A stretch of 47,229 nt of DNA, the filler included, from Jimgerdemannia flammicorona (taxonomy: Eukaryota), in assembly GCA_003990765.1 (NCBI GenBank). It is 2 parts of 2 records of this genome, joined end to end, with 100 filler letters (N's around TTAATTAATTAA, not from the genome) between each part and the next. Parts side by side here need not be neighbours in the genome. Positions count along the whole stretch, not along the records: positions 23,671 to 47,229 come from RBNJ01001093.1; 1 more part is not named here. One strand, given 5' to 3'. Positions 37,434-47,229 of the stretch are shown one piece after another; within the stretch, counting starts at the first letter, position 1, and every line of letters begins with the position of its first letter. A model generated the notes under the pieces. The model saw only the letters and a program-made list of their open reading frames with translations, had not been told where the DNA came from and did not search any database. Position numbers and translations under genes: made by a program.

Positions 37434-39498
37434 TATAAGCGCACAACCTCCAAGCCACCGAAACTACACGTCACCCTCTGAACCAAGCCACTGAAATCAC
37501 ACGCGACCTCCGAACAAATCTGGAAATCACCTGCTTGATCACGAAGCTGAGTCAAACCGAAGTCACAGCGCACAAAGCTGAGTCAATATGAAGTCACAGA
37601 ACATAAGATCTACACAAACAGAACCTTACCAATCAGGACCAAATGCATATATACTGAGCACTGAGACACGTTGAATCAGAGAACTAAAACAAACAATAAC
37701 CACAACTTCCAAACACACAAACATGACCACTGAGATCTACAACTGTATCCGCACTGACATTTGGAATGCCATTGTCAACTGAGCCACACCCCCCCTGCCC
37801 CTCATGAATATCCATAGCCTGGCACCCCTCTACTTCGTGGAAGCCTGATGGAATGCCCTGAATATGCTTAGCAAGGCCCACCGAATCGGACAAATCTCAA
37901 GCTACTACCAGATTGGCCGCCTCCTGGAAGACATGATCAAATACCACCATGATACAGACATTACCCAGATGTCTCAACACCAGAAGCTCATCGCCCGTAA
38001 ACATCGAGAACTCTTCTATGAGTACAACACCTTTATTCCCCGCCTCCGAGTTACTACCAGTGAAATGGTTACTACCCTGTCCTACAGCCAAATCGATGAC
38101 ATGATACAAGAGATCAACCACAAGTACCTCAAATATGTCCAGACTACAGACAGAACCTTTCCGCACCCTGATGACCATATCCTGCAAATGCCCCAAGTTG
38201 GATACACCATGAAGGACATCTATGATATAATCCACTTTGATGAAGATGAAGCAGAAGACAATGATCCCTCTGATGCCGACATGACCTCCAGCCAAGAATC
38301 TCTGCCAACCCTGATCACACTGCCAAACTTACCGATGAACTTGCAACAGTTCATAACTGCATACGAGACTTATTGGGACAATGACCACTGGCACGAATAC
38401 CAACCCGCATTCACCCCCGATTACTTCAATTACAATGAAGAGACCAGAGAACACAACCTGTACCTTCAGACAACCCTTGAGATCGAACCAACCACTCCAC
38501 CACCCAAGTACGAGCGACATGAACCACAGCTGCCAGCATACTATAACCCTGCAACTCATAGTGCCATAACCTATAGAAGGTACGCAGACAGTGAATCCGA
38601 TGAAAGTGAAGACAATACACCCATCCTTTGTCCATCAACACCTTATCCAGCATACGAAACAGACGATGCTATCCTGTGGGACGGAGATGAAGTTCCAATG
38701 TATTATTACCTCAGCAAACAAGGAGAAGTAATCCGCAAACTACTCTTCCTAGATAACTACTTCATCAGAGATGATGCAATTGATGGTGATATCATCGAGG
38801 ACTACCCAGATAGTGTCTAAACCTATAAATAGTCTAGCAGTCATAGTATAGTTAGATTAGCCTTGTACGACATAACTGTGAACTGACTCAGCAGTCAGAC
38901 GATCTCTTGATATGTCAGATTACACTTGTACTACGTGACTGCATTCCGACTCAGCAAGGTACTTAGTGCTACATCCATATTCAGTATAGTCCAAATAGCC
39001 CCTCACTAGTATAAATACCCCCTCCCCCAGACCTCAGAATCTCAGACTTGAACAATCCGAACACAACTCCTGAGCACTTCCCCACAATATCCCTTCACAC
39101 AAATACTCCTAGTATAGCAATATCATGAATAGCAAATAAACCTATTCCATAACCCACAAACCACTCTTAAGTAAATTCGCTCCCTGTTAGGTCCTACTCC
39201 TAACCCCATCACGAAATTTCCTAATTGGGTATTGTCTGCAGCGATATGCCAATTCAACTAAGCTGGTCTTAGTTTCTTGAACTTCCTGAAATACGGAAAA
39301 TCCTGAACATCCAGAACTAGTCCGAAAAAGGACTTTGGTTGAGACGTCAACCCGATCTAGAAATCAATAAGTGTAGAGAATGTACTCCATACGAAATTGA
39401 TCTTGACCATAAGAAAATAGTCTTCCAGAACATCCAGAATATCCAGAAAACCCTCCCAGAACTATATAATGGTTACCCTAAAAAGTAACCCTCTTACA
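37434..39498 (+). repeat. Element B 5' LTR (2065 bp)
   Basis: Direct repeat of 43480-45548. TATAAATA ~39010, AATAAA ~39135. Confidence 0.93.
37723..38820 (+). pseudogene. LTR(U3)-encoded ORF of element B, 365 aa (two CGA->TGA stops near the start)
   Basis: Starts MTTEIYNC. The stops are CGA in the 3' LTR copy. 318 aa remain open (37864-38820). Confidence 0.8.
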
Positions 39499-39501
39499 AC
39501 T

Positions 39502-39512
39502 TGGTAGCAGTG
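39502..39512 (+). other. Primer-binding site TGGTAGCAG (initiator tRNA-Met type)
   Basis: 3 nt after the LTR end; complementary to a tRNA ending CUGCUACCA. Confidence 0.75.
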
Positions 39513-41524
39513 GTTTACAATCCAATTCCACTTCAAGACGCTTCCTTACCCCACTACAAACCCTTCTGCGAATTCCTACAAGTTGGTATAAAGCCCAACC
39601 TCTGAACTGGAATTTATCTGAACCATCTGACAATCTGGAGAGAATTGAACCTGACGTACAAGGACAATTTGACCTCCACACCTACAACAAGTGGGACAAA
39701 CTTTATTCTAAGAAAGAAGTACTCAAGTTAAACCAGCAAATAGGCGAAACCCTATTCACCGAACTCCTTGCACTACACCCAGCAAGTCAAGACGAAGAAG
39801 GTCTTATTAAAGCCTTCTTTACTCTTCTCAACAAGAGTTTTATCAGCTCCACAAATCTGAGCAACCTAGGACAACCAGCAGCAGTCTTTCTAGCCTTAGT
39901 TCCTCACGAAGCCCAAGCCTCTGTAGCCAAGTGGCTCAACTCTACCGACTTTTACCGCACCAGGACCAAGACCGCCTTATACTATCGATTCCAGAACAGC
40001 AAGGCCTGCCATATCCTCAAAGAAGAGACAAGAGAAACCCTTCATCAACTACCTGACCCTGAACCTGAAGCAGGCCCTGCTACAACCCTACCTGAATCTG
40101 AAACCAATACCGAACCTGAACTTGACTTTGAATTAAGTCCATCTGAAATCAGATATACAACTGATTCTGTCTACTTTGACGCTGAGCAAACCCAATTACA
40201 CAGGGACCAAACCAAAGAAAAGGAGGAGTATCTCACCGAATTCGATCTTGGATACACCACCGAAGGAGACACACATCCATCAGGACAGAATACACCTACA
40301 TAGCAACAAATAGCTATCTATCAAGCCCTCACTCCAGATCCACAACTACTACTCCAGCAACTTACACAGACCCAAAGAACTCCATCACACTCTGCACCAG
40401 TACCTCAAGTAGTACCAGTAACACCACTACAAGCAGTCCAACCGCCTCTAGCAATCAACATGGCAAACCAACAGATTCTAGACCTCACAGCCCAAGTAGC
40501 TATAATGGCAGCAACCATTACTGCCTTAGCCGAACAGACCTGACCTATCAAAAATCTGAGCCTACCTACCTTCAATGGTACTGCACAAGAAGTCCAAAGC
40601 TTCATTAGTGTAGTTGACACCAACTTCAAAGCCAATCAATGGACTAATGAGCGAGTCGCTGACTGCGTTCTGACAAACAATCAAGACCACACCCTGGAAC
40701 AACTCTTTGCTACAACTACAGCCTATGTCTGCCAAGTTGTTACATTCTTCCAAGGACCTGCTGAAGAATGGTGGTGAACCCTTCCTGAAAAACCCCTCAT
40801 ATGGGATACCTGACCTGCAGTAGTTGCTCAGAATGCAGCAAACAATGCCCCAGGATATGGAGCCCATCCTGTAGCCCCTGGACTCAAACAACTCATAATT
40901 GTCCAATACCGCAGCGAAATCATGATCGCTGAATCTCGAGTAAAACTCCACAACCTCAAATTTGATATACATGGCAAAGAAGAATTCGAAACCTTCTGTA
41001 CAAAACTCGAGTCACTCCTGAACACTGTTGGCCTAGAATATATTGCCAATGATGAAGCACGAAATGGTACAAGAGCAGACCATTTATTCGATGCCCTACC
41101 TGAATAGCTTACTAGAAAAATCTGAGAACAAGGCTGCCCAGTTGGTTGTGATCACCAACAATGGTGCCTGGCAAGAATCAAGACCATGGTCAAGTGAATC
41201 CTAACAGCTGGACCAATTCTGCCTCGAAGACAATTCAATAATAAGAAAAAGACTTGGACCAAGAAAGAAGAACCCAAGCATAAAGTATCTCGAGCTCCCT
41301 CCACATCCACCTCTTGGACACCCAGAAATCATGAACCCACCCAGCCAAGTACCTTCAAGAAACTTACTGAAGGTAAAAGAAACGAACTTTGAAGAAGCGG
41401 AGCATGCTTCTATTACCGAAAGACAGGACACATGGCCAGTGTCTGCCCCAACCAAAAACCCCAAACAGCAATACGAGCAACTGTTACCACTCTGCACCAC
41501 CTCAACAACCTGACCACCAGAACA

Positions 41525-41935
41525 CTGGACTTTGTCAAGTTAAGACAAACTGCTAAGGCCCCAACCAAAGGAAGTCAAAAAGCAGCCGGATATGACCTGT
41601 ATACCACCGAAGAAGCTACAGTCTCCAACCGAGAAGTCAAACAAGTCTACACAGGAATCAGTATCCAAATTCCTGAAGGACATATTGGAAGAATATGCTG
41701 TCGCAGCAGCCTAGTATTAAAAGGACTCTCAGTAGAAGGAAGAGTCATTGACGAAGATTATACAGGCGAAATCATTGTCCTCATCCGAAACCACAGTTGG
41801 ACACCCTTCAAGATCCCTATTGGCTTCTGCATTGCCCAGATCTTGTTCGAAAAAATCAAGTCAACCCTGACAGTCAAGAAAGTCCCTGAACTACTACCCA
41901 CCATCAGAGGATCCAAAGGATTTGGCTCATCAAAC
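41525..41935 (+). other. dUTPase domain between zinc knuckle and protease
   Basis: All five motifs: AGYDL, RSSL, VIDEDYTGEI, IAQ and RGSKGFGSS. Confidence 0.93.
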
Positions 41936-42897
41936 AAGGCCCCAGCCCAACCTACTATAAGCAAAGAAGAACAATTCTATAAGAAGATAGAAGATGGATA
42001 TGTACCAAGTGGCCGATGCCCTCATGGTATTGGAATGTACTCTTCCCGAATGATTGATGATTGCTTCTCTTGTGTCAACGAACTGGCTCAAAGAAGAACC
42101 AATAGAAGAAAAGCTCCTACAACTGAAATCACCACCATTGGATCAGACAAACTGCTCACCCTTAAGGCTTTTATCAATGGAGCACCTGTTAAGATTATGA
42201 TAGACAGTGGTGCCTCAGGCAATTTCATCAATGAGGAGACAGCCAACAGACTCAAGGTCTTCACCTCCCCAGTACAGCAAACTCAAGCAGTTGCTACAGC
42301 TGATGGAACCTCACATGTTATTAGCAAAGAAGTCCGCAATCTACTCTTCTGAATTGGCGACTACCGAGTACATGTTACCCTCCAAATCGTACCACTTCCT
42401 GACAATGAAATCATCCTTGGAACCCCATGGTTGAAACGAGAAAACCCCATGATCGATTGGGTAAACCATTCTCTGACCATCAAGAAAGGACACTACAACT
42501 TCAAACTACAAGGTGAAAAGGACTCACTCAACTCTAGTGACCCTGGACCAAAGATCACTCACATCAACAAGCTACAACTCAAGAAATTGGCCAAGAAATG
42601 TCCTCTCTTTGCTATCTCCATCTGCCCATCCAAAGGAGAACCCGAGAACTTTGAAGAAGATTTTTCCAAAGTTGACAGCCGTGTCAGACCATCTACAAAG
42701 CTGAACAGCAAGTTCATTGGACCATTCGAAGTCATTGCACAAGTCTCTCCAACCTCCTACAAATTGGCGCTACTGGACACCATTAATATTCACCCAGTCT
42801 TTAATGTTCAACATCTCAAGCGATACAATGACAATAATGACGAGCTATTTCCAAATCAGACCACCAAACCACCTGCACCTGTCATCATTAATGACCA

Positions 42898-43055
42898 AGA
42901 AGAGTATGAAGTTGAACAAATCCTCAACAAACATGGCAACAAGAACCATCCTGAGTACCTGGTCAAATAGAAAGGTTACCTGATCCACGATGCAACCTGG
43001 AAACCTAAGACCAATCTCCAGAATGCTACCAACCTAGTTCAGGAATATGATTCCT
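42898..43055 (+). other. Chromodomain
   Basis: EEYEVEQILNKHG..EYLVK*KGY..DATWKP..L.NA..LVQEY. Confidence 0.88.
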
Positions 43056-43465
43056 TGAACAACTAGAACCAAATACTCTGCACCTATCTGTACATACTAT
43101 ATATTATCCTCCTGAACATTATAACTATCACGAACTCAGCAAAACAAGACAAGAATACCGACCCTCTGAAAAAATAGCAAAACTGAAAGCAAGCCTATTC
43201 TCCCTGTACCACTAGTGGGAAACAAGGCATAGACATTTAAGAAGATTTCTTAGAGGAAATTCTCTAGCAGTGAATGACGTCAGAATCACTTCTGGTGCAT
43301 GGCATTGAATACACAACCCTTTAACATGTGAATCCAACGCATTAGGCAACTGTACTATGAGCATGCCACTTTCTGAGAAAATGGACCTTACCAGACTTTT
43401 GACCTCCCAAACGGTGTAACAATACTAGAACAAATTAGAAGGTCCCAACGAGGATGTCAAAAGCT

Positions 43466-43478
43466 AAGAAGGAGAGAG
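43466..43478 (+). other. Polypurine tract of element B
   Basis: AAGAAGGAGAGAG just before the 3' LTR TG. Confidence 0.85.
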
Positions 43479-43479
43479 T

Positions 43480-45548
43480 TGTAAGCACACAACCTCCAAG
43501 CCACCGAAATTACATGTCACCCTCTGAACCAAGCCACTGAAATCACATGTGACCTCCAAACAAATCTGGAAATCACCTGCTTGATCATGAAGCTGAGTCA
43601 AACCGAAGTCACAGCACATAAAGCTGAGTTAATATGAAGTCACAGAACACAAGATCTACACAAACAGAATCTTACCAATCAGGACCAAATGCATATATAC
43701 TGAGTACCGAGATACGTTGAATCAGAGAACCAAAACAAACAACAACCACAACTTCCAAACACACAAACATGACCACTGAGATCTACAACTGTGTCCGCAC
43801 TGACATTTGGAATGCCATTGTCAACCGAGCCACACCCCCCCTGCCCCTCATGAATATCCATAGCCTGGCACCCCTCTACTTCATGGAAGCCCGATGGAAT
43901 GCCCTGAACATACTTAGCGAGGCCCACCGAATCGGACAAATCTCAAGCTACTACCAGATCGGCCGCCTCCTGGAAGACATGGTCAAACACCACCATGATA
44001 CAGACATTACCCAGATGTCTCAACACCAGAAGCTCATCACCCACAAACATCGAGAACTCTTCTATGAGTACAACACCTTTATTCCCTGCCTCCAAGTTAC
44101 TACCAGTGAAATGGTTGCTACCCTATCCTATGGCCAAATCGATGACATGATACAAGAGATCAATCACAAGTATCTCGAATATGTCCAGACTACAGACAGA
44201 ACCTTTCCGTACTCTGATGACCATATCCTGCAAATGCCCCAAGTCGGATATGCTATGAAGGACATCTATGATATAATCCACTTTGATGAAGACGAAGCAG
44301 AAGACAATGATCCCTCTGATGCCGACATGACCTCCAGCCAAGGATCTCTGCCAACCCTGATCACACTGCCAAACTTACCGATGAACTTACAACAGTTCAT
44401 AACTGCATACGAGACTTATTGGGACAATGACCACTGGCATGAATACCAACCCGCGTTCACCCCCGATTACTTCAATTATAATGAAGAGACCAGAGAACAC
44501 AACCTGTACCTTCAGACAACCCTCGAGATCGAACCAACCACTCCACCACCCGAGTACGAGCGACATAAACCACAGCTGCCAGCATACTATAACTCTGCAA
44601 CTCATAGTGCCATAATCTATGGAAGGTACACAGACAGTAAATCTGATATGTAAAAGCAAAGACAATACACCTATCCTTCGTCCACCAATACCTTATCCAG
44701 TATACGAAACAAACGATGCTATCCTGTGGGATAGAGATGAAGTTCCAATGTATTATTACCTCAGCGAACAAGGAGAAGTAATCTGCGAACCACTCTTCCT
44801 AGATGACTACTTCATCAGAGATGATGCAATTGATGGTGATGTCATTGAGGACTATCCAGATAGTGCCTAAACCTATAAATAGTCTAGCAGTCATAGTATA
44901 GTTAGATTAGCCTTGTACGACATGACTGTGAACTGACTCAGCAGTCAGACGATCTCTTGATATGTCAGATCACACTTGTACTATGTGACTGCATTCCAAC
45001 TCAGCAAGGTACTTAGTGCTACATCCATATTTAGCATAGTCCAAATAGCCCCTCACTAGTATAAATACCCCCTCCCCCAGACCTCAGAATCTCAGACTTG
45101 AATAATCTGAACACAACTCCTGAGCACTTCCCCACAATATCTCTTCATACAAATACTCCTAGTATAGCAATATCATAAATAGCAAATAAACCTATTCCAT
45201 AACCCACAAACCACTCTTAAGTAAATCCGCTCCCTGTTAGGTCCTACTCCTAACCCCATCACGAAATTTCCTAATTGGGTATTGTCTGCAGTGATACGCC
45301 AATTCAACTAAGCTGGTCTTAGTTTCTTAAACTTCCTGAAATACAGAAAATCCTGAACATCCAGAACTAGTCCGAAAAAGGACTTTGGTTGAGACATCAA
45401 TCCGATCTAGAAATCAATAAGTGTAGAGGATGTACTCCATACGAAATTGATCTTGACTATAAGAAAATAGTCTTCCAGAACATCCAGAATATCCAGAAAA
45501 CCCTCCCAGAACTACATAATGGTTACCCTAAAAAGTAACCCTCTTATA
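43480..45548 (+). repeat. Element B 3' LTR (2069 bp)
   Basis: Direct repeat of 37434-39498. Confidence 0.93.
43769..44870 (+). pseudogene. LTR(U3)-encoded ORF of element B, second copy; net 4-bp insertion near 44648 frameshifts the tail
   Basis: ORFs 43769-44653 and 44619-44870 match 37723-38820. Confidence 0.8.
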
Positions 45549-45553
45549 CAAAT

Positions 45554-47229
45554 ACATTCTATACCAGAATTCGATATTAGATAATTTTTGCAGATTATAC
45601 TGCTGCTACCTGAGATCAAGTAGCTAAAGCAATCTTCATGAAAGGAGTCCATCCAGAAATAGCCATGGCCATCTGCTCATCACCAGTGATTCTGGATCTG
45701 CCACAGAGGGTCACCTATACTCAGTAATACTGGATAGCCAGACACCCATAAGACTATATAATGGAAAGAGTTACAGGAGTCAGAATCGAGGCATCTAAGG
45801 CAACCAGTGTGATCCCCACCACAATGATCAATTGAAACACACCTCAGCCAAAAGCTATAGAGCAGCAAAAGAACAGTGACCCTATGGAGGAACTTGCCAA
45901 AAGGTTTGCTGAAATGACTGCCCACCTGGGAGATGTGGTAAAGGAGATTCGAGGAAGAGACCGCTGCCCTGTCCAGAAGTTTGCCACCACCTCAGACAAG
46001 AAGAAAGGCACCTACTATACTTGCAGAGAAGAAGGCCACTACTCCTATGAATGTATGAGCGAAACCAAGTGCAAGGCTCAACCAAGCAATGCCATATGAA
46101 ACAAGGAGCAGGCCAATATAATTACCTTCGAGGAGATCGGAGATTCTGACGAAGAAGAATGGGAGGCCTATTCTGCTCAGACCACTAAGAAGGATGTTTG
46201 CAAAGAACCCTACAAGAGACTGCCAGGAAGACCCAAGAAGAATCCAGTGGAAAAGCAGATGGAAACTGCCACAGAAAGTCAAGTTGAAGAGATGGACCAG
46301 GATATCAAGCTGGAGCAAGCAGTTCAAGATATCATCCAAGGAACCACTCCAGCCAGTGAAGGAGAAAAAGAAAAGAAGCTTCACAAGACCAAGACCTTCA
46401 AGTATGATATCTTCAAGGATCTCAGTCAACAAAAGGTCAATGCAACCTTTGGTCAGCTCATAGAAATCCCAACATTCAGATAGCAAATGAGGTTTGGACT
46501 TGCCGAAACAACTAAGGAACAGGGATGGAAGATAACTGAGGCCAATAATATTCAAGAGGACTCAGAAGAAGAAAGTGAGGACAATCGCAAAACCTCTGCC
46601 TATGCAACATGCCAAATTGAGGATTGAGTCTTTGAAGCCATCATTGACATAGGAGTAGGAGGATGTCTCCTCAGTAAGAAGGCAGCAGACCGCCTAGGTT
46701 GGGATGTGGAAGAAGCAACCAAGCTAGTATTCGTCACAGCCGATGGCACAAGAGCCACACTTCTGGGAAAGATCCGAGATGTTCCCATCAAGATTGGAGG
46801 AGTAACAATCCCAGTAGATGTAATCGTAACCAATGCCACCAACTATGACATCCTCATTGGCAATCAATGGCTTCACAAAGCCAAGGCAGTAATCAATCTC
46901 AATGCTCAGAAGATGCAGATCACCTACCGGGAACAGAAGATACGAATTCCCATCAATGTCAACAAAGGGGTCCTGCCTGATATGGAGGAAGAAGAGAGTG
47001 AGCAAGAGGAAGCTTATATGGTGACTACCCCAAAGAAGAAGAAAGTCGGATAGATGAGTGAAGAAGAATGGTGCAAGAAGATTGCAGAAGGTTATGCCCC
47101 ACAAGGAGTCTGTCCTCATGGAATCAAGATGTACTGTATGGAGCATGTCAATGATTGCTACCAGTGCACCATCGGAACCAGGAAGATCTACTAGGAAAGA
47201 AGCCAGAAAGCTCTCGAAAAACAGATCAG
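45554..47229 (+). pseudogene. A2 gag C-terminus, zinc knuckle, aspartic protease and Cys module
   Basis: KGVHPEIA, TCREEGHYSYEC, IIDIGVGG..DILIGNQWL and GVCPHG..DCYQC. Confidence 0.85.

Larger units (their letters stand above)
39482..43066 (+). pseudogene. Element B single-frame polyprotein: N-terminal extension, gag, zinc knuckle, dUTPase, Cys module, protease, [deletion], INT C-terminus, chromodomain
   Basis: 40460, 40922, 41432 and 42431 are all in one frame. Only point stops interrupt it. Motifs LPTFNG, CFYYRKTGHMASVC, IDSGASGNFI, FIGPF and EYEVEQIL..EYLVK. Confidence 0.88.
37434..45548 (+). mobile_element. Chromodomain Ty3/gypsy element B, internally deleted (no RT/RH/INT core), nested in the A2 gag
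   Basis: Paired ~2.07 kb LTRs, PBS and PPT. TSD CAAAC (37429-37433) / CAAAT (45549-45553). Confidence 0.93.
36528..47229 (+). mobile_element. Ty3/gypsy element A2 (family A relative, short LTR); gag interrupted by element B; runs off the right edge
   Basis: LTR, PBS and gag 37118-37433, resuming at 45554 (EDPN|TFYTRIR). Knuckle at ~46010-46060, protease at ~46635-46930 and CPHG module at ~47100-47170. Confidence 0.9.

Noticed and set aside
37723..38820. LTR ORF as an env gene
   Set aside because: No signal peptide or transmembrane segment, acidic composition, and it lies inside the LTR rather than between pol and the PPT.
37434..45548. 2 kb direct repeat as a segmental duplication or assembly error
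   Set aside because: PBS, PPT, TG..CA ends, TSD and copy-specific transitions identify true LTRs.

Overview
Eukaryotic, almost certainly fungal, DNA with short GT-AG introns. The gene styles suggest an early-diverging Mucoromycota-type fungus, but that is inference. Small GC-balanced gene islands sit among nested, C->T/G->A-eroded retroelements and very AT-rich relic tracts. Host genes: a 6-exon TMA16 (28255-29491, -), an intronless F-box/LRR gene (34162-35355, +), a CHAT-like gene cut off by an LTR (11237-~11997) and a spliced gene start running into an assembly gap. Mobile DNA: two L1/Tx1-like LINE copies; a non-chromoviral Ty3/gypsy family A (two copies with ~1.55 kb LTRs, plus a relative A2 with a 476 bp LTR); and a chromodomain-bearing Ty3/gypsy family B (a pol remnant, plus an internally deleted copy with ~2.07 kb LTRs nested in the A2 gag with a 5-bp TSD). 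Main observation: the two gypsy lineages share an accessory kit. It comprises an apparently homologous protein encoded in the U3 part of the LTR (upstream of the TATA and AATAAA), a dUTPase, and a small CPHG..DCxxC module, arranged in different orders. Family B also has a ~320-codon AUG-free frame fused upstream of gag.
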